Positions 12,876-24,982 of a DNA stretch of 64,000 nucleotides are shown here, in pieces. Position 1 is the first letter of the stretch, and each line of letters starts with the position of its first letter. The stretch comes from Octopus bimaculoides. Lineage: Eukaryota. The stretch covers positions 18,890,649 through 18,954,648 of the forward strand of contig NC_068991.1 of assembly GCF_001194135.2 (NCBI RefSeq), read 5' to 3'. The notes under the pieces are model-generated. The model saw nothing but the letters and a program-made list of their open reading frames with translations, did not search any database and was not told where the DNA came from. A program made the position numbers and the translations under genes.

Positions 12876-13857
12876 AACTAAACACACTCACTCCAGCATG
12901 CTTATTTGACAACATGGATCTGCTGAAAGCAAACCGGTGTGAAATTATATATGGCCTATTTGCTTGTCAACAAGTCTTGCATATTCGTTTCCTCTGACTT
13001 CTAAGGCATCTTGGCAGCTATTTGAAGATACAGTTAATAACATATGCTTGGACTAGACACCATCATGACTCATGAACAAAAATAGATACAGGTTCCCAAG
13101 AGAGAGAAAAAACTCTCATTAGGAAAATTAAAAGAGTTAACACACACAAAAAATCAATCAGCTAAATTAATACTATCAGCAATCAACAGCGATAACAATT
13201 TTCAAACCACTTCTCTTCATTATTGATGTAATTGACATCACAGATGTCATCAATTAGTTGAAGCAATCTAACCTTACAGATGAGTCTAAGCTTTAAGTTA
13301 TCAATGGAATTGGTAACTCAAAAAACTTTTTTCCAATTTGATCTGTGTCATGCTTCAAAAAGTGGAAAAAAAAAAAGAAAAAAAAATTTTGTAAAGCAAA
13401 TAAAAATTTGAGTTCATTCACTAAGGGAAAGAAGACATTTAAAACCGTCATGTCCCCTTCTCTCAGGAGAACTTCTAATGGTGATAAATGATATCAAAGA
13501 CCTATGGTTAACAACAACCTAAGTTAAGAGTACCCACATCAAAAATAAGGAGAACATGGCTCTTGGTTATTTAGAACATTTCAGAACATGGGATATAGAA
13601 GTAGCTTCGCTTTTAACTGTTTTGATGTTGACTCAGCTGAAATTACCTCTAGATCTATGAAACAAAACCATGCTATTTTAAAATGTTTATATTTAAAGCA
13701 AGACTATCCTAAAGACCTGTTGTCATGTTCTCTTCAGCATCATAACTACCTTCATGATTGTTTTTTACATCAATTTTTTTTCCATGTTAACATGGGTCAG
13801 ACGGAGGTTCTTGAGGTATTCAGGTTTTGGATGCTCTTCCCGATGTCAAAGCATTTG

Positions 13858-14222
13858 CTCCATGCTGGAGCACCGCCTTTAGTCGAGCAAATCAACCCCA
13901 GGACTTATTCTTTGTAAGCCTAGTGCTTATTCTATCAGTCTCTCTTGCTGAACCGCTAAGTGACAGGGACATAAACACACCAGCATCAGTTGTCAAGCGA
14001 TGTTGGGGGGACAAACACAGACACACAAACATATACACACACATACATATATATGCATATATACGACGAGCTTCTTTCAGTTTCTGTCTACCAAATCCAC
14101 TCACAAGGCTTTGGTCGGCCTGAGGCTATAAGTAGAAGACACTTGCCCAAGCTGCCATGCAGTGAGACTGAATCCAGAACCATGTGGTTGGTAAGCAAGC
14201 TACTTACCACACAGCCACTCCT
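13858..14222 (-). mobile_element. SINE type B
   Basis: Full type B architecture on the minus strand. Confidence 0.9.
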
Positions 14223-14224
14223 GT

Positions 14225-14930
14225 GACCCATTGGGATCTGAACTCAGAACATAGTGTGTTGGAACAAATACTGCAAAGCATTTTTTCTGATGCTCTAATG
14301 ATTGTGTCAGCTCACTGCCTCATAATTGTTCGAAAGTTTTTCGCATAAGTCCAGCAGCTTCAACAGGAGTGGGTAAGTCTTTGAATGGTACTTTAGTTTA
14401 TCGACTCCAAAGAAAGGATGAAAAGCAAAATTAACCTTGGCAGGATTTGAACTCTGAATGTAAAGAGCCAGAAAAAAATGCTGCTAAGTATTTGATCCAA
14501 TTAAGTGAGTTTGTCAACTTAACAACAACAACAATAATAATAATTCCTTTTTTACTCTAGGCACAAGGCCTGAAATTTTGTGGGGAGGGGGCCAGTCGAT
14601 TAGATTGACTCCAGTATGCAACTTGTACTTAATATATCAACCCCGAAAGGATGAAAGGCAATGTTGACCTGGGCAGAATTTGAACTCAGAACGTAAAGAC
14701 AGCCGAAATACCGCTAAGCATTTCACCCAACGTGTTTACGTTTTTGCCAGCTCCCAGCCTTAACAACAATAATAATGATAATAACCCTTTCTATTATGAG
14801 CACAAGGCTTAAAATTTTGAGGGAATAGGCTAGTCAAGTACATCAACACCAATCTCCAATTGACATTCTTTTTATAGACCCCCAAAAAGACGAAAGGCAA
14901 AGTTGACCTCAGCAGAATTTGAATTCAGAA
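14225..14930 (-). mobile_element. Cluster of about four SINE type C copies
   Basis: Repeated gaaaggatgaaaggcaaagttgacc..gaatttgaactcagaa motif with (AAT/CAA)n between copies. Confidence 0.8.
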
Positions 14931-15245
14931 CAACTATAATAATAATGGTAACAACAACAACATTAGCAACCAGTTGTTTTTGTTAATATCTAACCATATC
15001 CTCCATGAATCACAAGTCACCGTCTTAAAGCAAGAACACTTAATAAACACTCCATGACTTGGAAGAAAACGTAATAATCAGGCCTGGAATGACTTCGACA
15101 ATAAGTCTACCCAATTTGGCTGTCCTGGTGTTAAACGACAACAACAACAACAAAAATAGCATCAACAAGAATGTAAAGGAACTAATGGAGACCTTCGATG
15201 GCAAATACTTTGGTTTGCTTTATTGCTAATTTACCTTCATAATAT

Positions 15246-15645
15246 AGTTGCCAGTGCCCCTGGACTGGCTCTTGTGCGGGTGGCACATGAGATGCACCAT
15301 TTTTGAGCGTGGCCGTTGCCAGTACCGCCTGACTGGCTCCCGTAGGATTTTCGAGCGAGATCGTTGCCAGTGCCCCTGGACTGGCTTGTGCGGGTGGCAC
15401 ATAAAAGACACCATTTCGAGCGTGGCCATTGCCAGTATCGCCTGACTGGCCTTCGTGCAGGTGACACGTAAAAGCACCTACTACACTCTCTGAGTGGTTG
15501 GCGTTAGGAAGGGCATCCAGCTGTAGAAACTCTGCCAAGTTTAGATTGGAGCCTGGTGTTGCCATCCGGTTTCACCAGTCCTCAGTCAAGTCGTCCAACC
15601 CATGCTAGCATGGAAAGCGGACGTTAAACGATGATGATGATGATG
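15246..15645 (+). mobile_element. SINE/LINE derivative with RTE-type 3' tail and internal tandem units
   Basis: Ends gtcgtccaacccatgctagcatggaaagcggacgttaaac(GAT)n; internal (A-B)x2 units; tail also at 13760-13860 and 17820-18060 on the minus strand. Confidence 0.75.
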
Positions 15646-15679
15646 ATAGTATTCTGTCCCTATAAATTGACACTGTTTC

Positions 15680-16675
15680 CACAGTTCAGTGGTTAGTAAA
15701 ATAAAAGGCAATTGTCCCTAGGGCTTCCCTTTCACAGTTTGATGGTTAGCAGGCCAGCCATTCCTAAAGGTTAGTAGGATATCCATTCTTAGTAGCGTTT
15801 CCATTCCTTGAAGGGTATCCATTCCCAGGAGGGCTGCAGCCTGTAAAAGTAACATTTCCCTTTCTCATTTCAGTGCATAGTAGGGCAGTGATCCCTAAAC
15901 CCACCATTCTTCCATCACAGTTCAGTGGTTAGTAAAATATTGGTCCCTAAACCCAAAACCCACTCTTCACAGTTCAGTGTTTAGTAGGGTGTTGATCTGT
16001 AAACCCAACACTCTCCCTTCATAATTCAGTGATTAGTTGGGTACTGATCCCTAAACCCATTACAGTTCAGTAGTTTTTAAGGTACCACTCCCTAAATCTA
16101 ACACTTCTCCTTCACAGTTCAGTTCTTATGAAGTACCGATTCCTGAATTCAAAACAGTTCAGTGCTTAGTAGGCTACTGACCCCTAAATCTAACACTTTC
16201 TGTTCACAGGTAAGTGGTTAGTGGGTTACCAGTCCCTGAATCCATCACCTTTCCTTCACAGTTCAGTGGTCCATAGAGTGTCTGTTAGTCCCCTCAACCT
16301 AACACTGTCTTTTCACAGTTTAGGGGTTAATTAGGTATTGATCCCTACATCCGACATTTGGTTAGTAGGGTACTGATCCTGAAAACCAACACTATCCCAT
16401 TACAGTTCAGTAGTTTTTAAGGTACCAGACCCTAAAAGTAACATTTCTCCCTCACAGTTCAGTGGTGACTAGATACTGATCCCTAAATTGAAACCTGTCC
16501 GTTTACAGTTCAGTGGTGACTAAATACTGATCCCTAAATTCAAACCTGTCCCTTTACAGTTCAGTGGTGACTAAAATACTGATCCCTAAATTCAAACCTG
16601 TCCCTTTACAGTTCAGTGGTTAGTAGCATAGAATCCTTAAACCCACCACTTTCCGTTCACAGTTCAGTGGATAAT
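15680..16675 (+). repeat. Degenerate minisatellite, ~46-52-bp unit, about 20 copies
   Basis: Recurring (T)TCACAGTTCAGTGGTTAGTAGGGTACTGATCCCTAAA...; the last three units (16455-16610) are near identical. Confidence 0.9.
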
Positions 16676-16879
16676 GACAAAAAGGACACCACCTCCATAG
16701 AACTCAAGTAATACAGGTGTGAATGTATCATATTTGCATATTAGCATAAATAAAAGAAATAATACATATTCAATTATGAAAATTTGCATAATTTATGAAA
16801 ACATTTGAACTTGCTGAGTTGTTAATGCCAGCTGAGACATAGATTTAATATAATACGATAAACATGTGTTTCCTTCAAT

Positions 16880-17216
16880 TATATATAATTGCCTCTGTGT
16901 GAATGTATGTATGTATGTATGTATGTGTGTGTGTGTATGCATGTATATATGTATGTACATACGTATGTATGTATATATGTATGTATCTAACTATCCCACC
17001 CTCTCACTCTCTCTCTCTCTCTCTGTAAATATTTATATATATGTATACATATACACATACACCTATAAATATTGATCTATACATGTATACATATGCACAC
17101 ATACATACATTATCATCATCATCATTTAATGTCCGTTTTCCATGCTGATACGCACACATGCAAATATATATCTACAGGAGGGTATGTCTATGTATATATG
17201 TCTATATGTATATGTC

Positions 17217-17304
<88 letters not shown>

Positions 17305-17509
17305 TACATCTATATACATATATACATATATATATATATACATCTATATACATATAGACATATATATATATATATGTATATATATATATCAATTTCCATA
17401 TATATGTCTAGACACACACGCACACACCACAAACACTCACACATGCACACACACATATGTAAATGGATGGCTGTGTGCCTGTGTATATATATGTGTGTAT
17501 TCACAAACT

Positions 17510-17573
<64 letters not shown>

Positions 17574-17580
17574 TGCATAT
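16880..17580. repeat. Compound microsatellite (TA, TG, CA, GATA)
   Basis: Visible directly in the sequence. Confidence 0.95.
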
Positions 17581-17819
17581 ATTTGTGTGTGCAGTCAGGT
17601 GTTACAAAGAAGACTGAAGAGTTACAATGGAAGGAATAAGCTGAATTATTCATTCCTTCGTTTCAAAGTAAGAATTGATAATGGGACATTTTCGGCTTTG
17701 CGTGAATGGCTATGTTAATATGTCCATAGATGGGCATACAAACATACTTAAACATTTATCTGTCTGTCTGTACATCTATTAATACATCTATCAATTTTTC
17801 AAAAAAAATTATATGTATA

Positions 17820-18190
17820 TCATCATCATCATCATCAACAACATCATTTAATGTCCACTTTCCATGCTGGGATGGAGTAGACGCTTTGACAAGAACTGGT
17901 CAGGCAGAAGACTGCACCAGACTTCTGTGTCTGTTTTGGATATGGTTTTTACAGCTGGGTGCCCTTCCAAACACCAACCAGTATACAGTATGGGCTGGAG
18001 GCTTTTTTTACGTGGCACGGGCTTTGGCAAGGTCACCAAGCAGCTTGCAATACAAATATCCTTTGAGAGGGGAGGGGAGGAATTGGTGGAGGTGATCTTG
18101 TGCCAGACGATGAAAGGTTCGTGTGTGACAAAGAGACACACTCCTTGTTTCCTGTTGTCACTCACTTCTAGTCACATTGTGTCTTAAGAG
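17820..18190 (-). mobile_element. RTE-tail SINE/LINE fragment
   Basis: (CAT)n ttaatgtccactttccatgctgg...ggtttttacagctgggtgcccttcc is the reverse complement of the 15490-15645 tail. Confidence 0.7.
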
Positions 18191-18311
18191 TTTATTCTGA
18201 CACTTCGTCAACATTATTTTATCTCTTTCCAGTTCTATTCCAGTCACTCATACCCTCAAATCTGTAATGTCAGTCTTTAATAAGAACCAGTCACACAGTA
18301 AAGTTATGTGT

Positions 18312-18692
18312 GTTGGTACTCCGTCGCTTACGACGTCGAGGGTTCCAGTTGATCCGATCAACGGAACAGACTGCTCGTGAAATTAACGTGCAAGTGACTG
18401 AGCACTCCACAGACATGTGTACCCTTAACGTAGTTCTCGGGGATATTCAGCGTGACACAGTGTGACAAGGCTGACCCTTTGAATTACACGCACAACAGAA
18501 ACAGGAAGTAAGAGTGAGAGAAAGTTGTGGTGAAAGAGTACAGCAGGGTTCGCCACCATGCCCTGCCGGAGCTTCGTGGAGCTTTAGGTGTTTTTGCTCA
18601 ATAAACACAAACAACGCCTAGTAAGGGAATCGAATCCGCGATCCTATGACCGTGAGTCTGCTGCCCTAACTACTGAGCCATTGCGCCTCCAC
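18312..18692 (-). mobile_element. SINE type A (full length)
   Basis: Reverse complement of 3437-3823. Confidence 0.9.
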
Positions 18693-19014
18693 AGCCAAAT
18701 GGATAGACCCTGAAGGAGCTGCACCGAAAATTGTGCCAAGTTGGATCTGCAACTGCCCGTAATCTGTGCAGTGGAAACACGTGTATGTCATAAAGACCAT
18801 AAAAATATGCTGTACAAAAGTATAAAATAAGAGGAAATGAATTTTGAGGACGACCAAGTCTCCATGTTCTATATCGTAGTAATTATTGCTAATATATACT
18901 CCAGACAATATTACCGTCGTCCAGTGAAGCGAACACGGAATTACCCATTCGAGGAATTTACAGAGTGACTGACAACTAATAGTAGTCATAGACATTAAAT
19001 ACTGATCGATGCGG

Positions 19015-19093
<79 letters not shown>

Positions 19094-19095
<2 letters not shown>

Positions 19096-19400
19096 GGCGC
19101 AAGGCTCAGTGGTTAGAGCGTCGAACTTACGATCGTGAGGCTGTGAGCTCGATTCCCGGACCGGGCTGCGTGTTGTGTTCTTGAGCAAGACACTTTATTT
19201 CACGTTGCTCCAGTTCACTCAGCTGTAGAAATGAGTTGTGACGTCACTGGTGCCAAGCTGTATCGGCCCCTTTACCGTTCCCTTGGATATCATCAGTGGC
19301 GTGGAGAGGGAACTGCTGGCCTTCCACAAACAACCTTGCCAGAACTTGTGCCTCGGAAGGCAACTTTCTAAGTGCAATCCCATGGTCATATATATGTGCA
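19094..19400 (+). mobile_element. SINE type D
   Basis: GAAGGCGCAAGGCTCAGTGGTTAG (A box), TCGATTCCC (B box), ttgagcaagacactttatttcacgttgctccag. Confidence 0.85.
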
Positions 19401-19699
19401 CATGTGCATCAAAAACTNNNNNNNNNNNNNNNNNNNNNNNNNNNNNNNNNNNNNNNNNNNNNNNNNNNNNNNNNNNNNNNNNNNNNNNNNNNNNNNNNNN
19501 NNNNNNNNNNNNNNNNNNNNNNNNNNNNNNNNNNNNNNNNNNNNNNNNNNNNNNNNNNNNNNNNNNNNNNNNNNNNNNNNNNNNNNNNNNNNNNNNNNNN
19601 NNNNNNNNNNNNNNNNNNNNNNNNNNNNNNNNNNNNNNNNNNCACATACATACGTACACACACGTTCTGTTATTACACACACACACACACACACGGATC

Positions 19700-19990
19700 C
19701 ACGCTCACATACTTACCTCCCTCTTGCACTCTCCTGTCTTAGAAAGAACTTTTCTTCCACCCTTTCTCTTCCGGTCCTTCCACAATGTAACCTCGTGGAT
19801 ATCGGTGGCGATTTTTGTTTCTTCCTCCGTTTTTCCCTTCTTTGGACTTTCTTTGTTTCCGACGAAGAGCTCCGCTCGAAACGTCATATTCTCTTTCTTT
19901 CCTTTCCCGAGCGTCTAGTAACACAATCTGTATCACGTCCTCACGTTGTTGTTTTTTGTTGTTGTTTTTTTGTCTTTTTCCTTTTTTGAA
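19700..19990 (+). mobile_element. Penelope-like pLTR with decayed minimal hammerhead
   Basis: ccGACGAaGAGCtccGCTCGAAACGTC; same family as 58745-58920 and 49500-49650. Confidence 0.65.
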
Positions 19991-20288
19991 CTTATATATA
20001 TATATTGCTGCGATAAATTATGAGGATTTGGCAAGATCCGGTGTGAGTTTGCGTTTGCATGTGGGTGTTTTTGAACATATCTTTATATATATGTGTGTAA
20101 AATCTGACATCATTTTTCCTGTTATTATTAGCTCGTTGCCAGTTTATGGTTTCAACTATTTAGAGAGTGTGTGGCACATGCGTTTGTCACGATAAAATTT
20201 GAGATGTTGAGTGTGTTGTTCTATTCCAATCTCAAGTCAGAGTTGAGACGTCTGGGAACCCACATGACGTGCATCTGCAATAATGAAA

Positions 20289-20302
20289 TGACGTCACTTC
20301 CG
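20289..20302. promoter_or_regulatory. Composite CRE-ETS motif TGACGTCACTTCCG
   Basis: Full CRE overlapping an ETS core (reverse complement CGGAAGTGACGTCA); second TGACGT at ~20264; donor-like TAG|GTGAGA at 20347/20348. Confidence 0.35.
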
Positions 20303-20559
20303 TAGTTTCCCCTCTCGTGGGAGTACGGTGCGAAAGGTATAGTATAGGTGAGAGAATTCATGTTTATTCGCTTTGACATGAAGTTTATTGTAGATTATAC
20401 ACTATTAAACTTTACTAGCTTGGCGTTGAATGCTCTTTTCTGTCGTCTGTTACGCGTGTCGGTCACATATTTGTTACACACAAGCTTCTATATCAAGATT
20501 AGGCCTTGAAAATCTAATCAGCAATTGGATGTATATCACTTATATTACTTAACTAATAA

Positions 20560-21180
20560 ATCTTAATTCCACCCATTGGCTTCTACACCAGACATATTCT
20601 AGAGAAGATGGACGATCTTTTCAAACGCACGAGATGGAAAGCATATTTATGGGACTTAGCCAGCGTTGAATCTAATACATACTACTAAGACAGAAAAGCA
20701 ACTGCTTCTCCCCAAACACCAATCATCTGAATAACTTGGAACAACTTGGAATCAGAATCCTTAGGCATAATACTCAAGCACAAATTCCGTAAGTTTTCTT
20801 ACCTTTTCCAATGTAAACATTTCACAAATACTCAGAACTTAGATTATTAAAAAATCTTTGTATTTTTCGAATAAGCAAAAAATTATATAAAGTAAATAAG
20901 ATTCTACGTAGACAACTACTGACCAATAATATAGCTTGTAATGACAAGAAGGTTAGCTCACAGACGTGGAAACATTGACTGAGAGAAGCTGAGGCAATAG
21001 CAGTAATACTTAAAATTGACGATAGAGGTATTAGCTAAACTACAAGCGTTCTATCACTATTAAATACCATGAAAGTGACTGAATACAATCTGAAATGCTA
21101 GCTAATTGACACTACTAAATTTTAAATCGGGTTAACCAACGTAAAAACCGTTGCGTAAGTTCAACCACAAAATTAGAACA
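20560..21180 (+). pseudogene. Penelope-like RT N-terminal relic
   Basis: ILEKMDDLFKRTRWKAYLW...LYKVNKILRRQLLTNNI...EAEAIAVILKIDDR...NLKC*LID, matching the PLE pattern KRMRWKA / IN.EAK.IA..L.I.DR / CRLINP. Confidence 0.75.
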
Positions 21181-21230
21181 GCCATCACTAATAAACACAA
21201 TGCCAAATTCACACAATTTGATATAATGTA

Positions 21231-21447
21231 CGAGGGGGTGCAGAAAAGTTCCTCGCTTTAAGGGTGTCGCGTAAGGCCTGGTTGGAGGCCCAACCTTTCG
21301 AGTTCTTTTACTGAGCTTAGAAAAACTGAAGGACTGCAGCAGTAAGTGTGTGAATCTGAGAGGGGAATAAGTTGAGTAAAATCATAATTAACTGATCCTC
21401 CAGTATTTTCTTTTGCCTCAAAGCAGGAACTTTTCAGCATCCCCTCG
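21231..21447. mobile_element. Mariner-type MITE
   Basis: TA|CGAGGGGGTGCAGAAAAGTTCCT...AGGAACTTTTCAGCATCCCCTCG|TA. Confidence 0.9.
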
Positions 21448-21879
21448 TATTTCTAGCCCTCTATCTCCAGACCTTACTTCTGAGAGCAATAAATTTCGCT
21501 AAATCTTATAATAGTGTAGAACAAGTAGAAAGAGAAATTTTATTCGACGCATAGATACTGAACAGTATAGATATAAAGGATAGAATCCTTTTTTCTTTTT
21601 AAAAGCAGAAAAAAATTGTCGGCAGCCAGCATACAAAAAATATATTGATGTAACGACGCACGCAAAGGACAGTGCTCTTCGAAGACAGTTCGTCATGGGT
21701 AAAAAAAAAATCCAACTGAGATGGGTCCTTCGACATGGGCATGGAATCGTTTAAAAGCATGAAAATTTGCAACCTCATTGGTTTAAACACCTTAGATCTA
21801 CGTAGGAAAAAAATTCGAGTTGCGTTCAGAAAATATTCGACCTTTGGGCATTAAAGACATGCAATTTTGTACATTCCAC

Positions 21880-22134
21880 AAATTTTATTTTAGCACCTTG
21901 GGAGTTGACGTACTTCTCCCTGCCGTTCTGTCACTGCTGATAACTCAGGAATGCTTTTTCTCGAACCCTATCGAGCTCCGCCTTCGCTTTTCTCATAATT
22001 TCCTCTCGCGACACAAATTGGTTCCCTTCCAGTGTGATTTTTCAGTTTGGAGGAAGAGCCAGAAGTCACACTGTGCCAAGTCGGGAGAAGCCTGTCGAAC
22101 AAGTGGTCTGTTGTTCTTGACCAGGAAATCTTGG
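21880..22134 (-). pseudogene. Mariner transposase C-terminal relic
   Basis: IQDFLVKNNRPLVRQASPDLAQCDFWLF...REEIMRKAKAEL...EKYVNSQG. Confidence 0.75.
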
Positions 22135-22136
22135 AT

Positions 22137-22690
22137 TACGAGGTGTGTTTAAAAAGTGTCCGGCTTAATTTTTTTGCCGACACTCTCCGTATGCACAAAT
22201 CCTCCTTTAAAATGGAATGCACTGAACTTCTGCTTATTCTAACTTCGTGAGTAATCTCTTAGATTGTTACACGACATTCTTCCATGATAATTCGCTGAAC
22301 CTTCTCCATCAGTTCCGTTTCGGCTTGTGGATGGCCTACCTGAACATGCCTCGCTCTTCACTGAGGTACGGCCATGTTTATCTAAATATAGATTATTAAG
22401 ACATATTTGAATCCATGAAAAGGCCATTCACTGCATTTTTATCACGAAGAAAAATTCTCGCTGTTGACAAAAAAGGGTAAACACACCAAACTAGTTCGGA
22501 GCGCCCTCTTCTCAGATCGATGGACGCGTGCATTTCGGTGTAGTTATCTCTTATTCAGTTTCGAGCAAAGGCGACTCTGAACTGACTACAAGAGACTAAG
22601 CCTCTCTTATTGGATTCCAGTCAAAATACTGTCACTTGTTACGCTAAGCGGCTGCTCGACCGTAGTAAAATACGGATTAGAAGTCCTAAG
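22137..22690 (-). mobile_element. Deleted mariner derivative (5' region, HTH N-terminus, one TIR)
   Basis: EACSGRPSTSRN...ILKEDLCIRRVSAK runs directly into the TIR GGACACTTTTTAAACACACCTCG|TA. Confidence 0.7.
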
Positions 22691-22784
22691 CAGTGATTTA
22701 CGTAAATGTAAACTTGTTACCAGATGAAATGTGTTTGAAATATTTTCGAACTATTAAGGAGGCCATTCACTGCATTTTGTTAGT

Positions 22785-22990
22785 GGCTTAGTGGTTAGGA
22801 CGTTGGACTTATGATCGTAAGAGTGTGGTTTCGATTCCTGGACTGAACGACGCGTTGTTCCAGTCCATTCAACTGCTGAAAATGAGTAACCCTGCGACGG
22901 TCCGGCATCCCGTCCTGTGGGATGGGGAATATATACGCCACGGAAACCGGCCTTATGAATCTGTATGACCCAGGAAGGATTTATACCGTT
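22785..22990 (+). mobile_element. SINE type D
   Basis: gtggcttagtggttagg...gtttcgattcctggac; similar to the 24983 copy. Confidence 0.75.
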
Positions 22991-23157
22991 TTATCCTTTG
23001 CTCCATCGATCTGGATAGACAGAGCTCCGAACTGACCCAGCATGTTTATACATTTTTCTCTACACTGACAAAATGCAGTGAATGCCTTTCTTACGTGTTC
23101 GATTATGTCTCAAACATACTTAAACTGATCATAAGTTTATATGTGTGTGAACGTTTA

Positions 23158-24411
23158 TTAGGCTGTCCAGAAAATTCTGAACATTTTTTAATATGCAAAA
23201 AGTGATATAAATAATTGACCTTTCGATAAATTTTATTCAATGAAATAATTTCCATTATTATTAATGGCATTTGCTCATCTATCAGGAAATTTAAATATTC
23301 CATCAGCATAAAATTTGACTGATTTTGAAGAAAAAAGTCATCTAAGTCGTTAAATGTTTTTCTTCTAAATGAATTCTGTAGAGACAAAAAGAAGTGGTCG
23401 TCGGATGGTACAGTATCAGGAGAATGTGGTGGATGGGGTAAGAAGTACCAGCCAAGATCATGTAATTTTGTTCGGGTAGTCAATGACAAAAGTAGTCGGG
23501 CATTGACTCGTTAGAACACTACCCCTTTCCTGTTGGCAATCTCCGACCTCAGTTCTTTGATTTTTCGGTTCAAATTAGCCAACTGAGGATAGTACACATC
23601 AGAACTAATGGTCTGGTTTTGTGGAGAAGCTCATTATAAACAATGCCTTTATGATTCCACCAAACACAAACTATAGATTTTTTGGCATGGAGATTCGTCC
23701 TTGGTTGCTGTTTTGGGGGATCCTTACGCAACTCTAGGATCTTTTAGGAGCTACGTTTTCGTACACGATCCATTTTTCATCTCCAGTCACAAGTTGTTTC
23801 AAAAAAGGTATGCTTTCATTCCGTTTCAAAAGCCAACCACAAATGGAATACCAGTCCTAGCAGTTCTTTTTTGAGAGTTTATGAGGAACCTATACATTAT
23901 AGTGAGAAATTTATCTTAACTTCACTAGGTGTTCATGAGCCGTACTTTTAGAAACTTCCAGCTTCTCTGCAAGTTCTCTAGTCATGATATTTGAGTTTTC
24001 TTCGATCTTTGCCTTCAAAACATCTTCATCTAATTTTGAAGGTCTTCCACTGCGACTGTTATCTTCCAAGCTAAACTCTCCAGCTTTAAATTTCGTAAGC
24101 CACCGTCGAACAGTTGATTTACCTACATCATCATCACCATAAACTTCACATTGCAAATCTTTGCAGCATTTTCTCCTTTTTAAAAAAGAAATGCATTACA
24201 ACGCGAATATGAAATTATTGGTTATCTATTTCAAATGTCAATAAAGGGTAACCGGAATGAAAGATAAATTTATTTTTGGTCAGGAACAAAGAAGAAATGC
24301 ACTGCCACTTCAAGCAACGCCAAAGTTTTAACCGCGTTACGTTTCAGGTGTTTTCAATGAAGCATTAAAAGATTTAACTTAAAAACACCCAGAACTTTCC
24401 GAACAACCTAA
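23158..24411 (-). mobile_element. Full-length (1254 bp) mariner with pseudogenised DD34D transposase
   Basis: TIRs TA|TTAGGCTGTCCAGAAAATTC / GAACTTTCCGAACAACCTAA|TA. Minus strand: EVYGDDDVGKSTVRRW..SRSGRP, VPHKLS, VTGDEKWIVY, HPPHSPDTVPSDDHFF, with stops and frameshifts. Confidence 0.93.
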
Positions 24412-24519
24412 TAGTAATGTTTGTATGTCTGTCTGTCTATCTATCTGTTTATCTATCTGTCTGTCTGTCTATCTTTATCTGTCTGTCTGTCTCACTCTGT
24501 ATATGTGCTAATTTGTTCC

Positions 24520-24965
24520 CGGAGACCACTCGTAAAGCGGAGCAATAATTTCCCATAGTAATTCGTTCCTAGAAAAATATTTTACCAATAAAATTTATAA
24601 TACTCGTAAATAAATGGCAATAAACCAACAGTAGAATGTAAAGAATATTTTATTTAAAGTGAAAAAAATGTTAAGATCATTTGTAATAAAAAGTATTATT
24701 ATAATAATCGTTTTCTGAATCACTTTCAATCGCACTAGACTCGCGCACACCATCACTTGTAGATGCGATCGCCGATTCACAAGCATTCGTAGACGGACTT
24801 GTAGATTTCTTTTTAAGAAACAAGCCTAGAGTTATTTGCTCAGAAGAAGCTTTTTTCCGCTCTCTATAAATTTCTCGGTAACGCGCAGAAACATTTGTTA
24901 TGGTAGTAGAAACTTTTGCACTTTGTTCAAAATTTGGATCTTTTGCTTGAAAAATTTCAGTTTAC
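24520..24965 (-). pseudogene. Tigger/pogo transposase C-terminal relic
   Basis: FQAKDPNFEQSAKVSTTITNVSARYREIYRERKKASSEQITLGLFLKK, resembling Tigger DPN.ERS.KV...YREIY.EKK. Confidence 0.7.
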
Positions 24966-24982
24966 CATACAAAAGTGAGTGG

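Noticed and set aside
15182-15565. 127-aa repetitive ORF on the minus strand
   Set aside because: It is the antisense reading of a repeat element's internal tandem units.
15680-16675. CRISPR-like array or repetitive protein
   Set aside because: The 'spacers' are homologous to each other, the context is eukaryotic with no cas genes, unit length is not a multiple of 3, and stops recur.
17597-17670. Plus-strand 69-nt open segment with donor AAA|GTAAGA
   Set aside because: The acceptor is microsatellite-derived and weak; no recognisable peptide.
21690-21770. KIQLRWVLRHGHGI, RNase H-like peptide
   Set aside because: Too short and degenerate to support a call.
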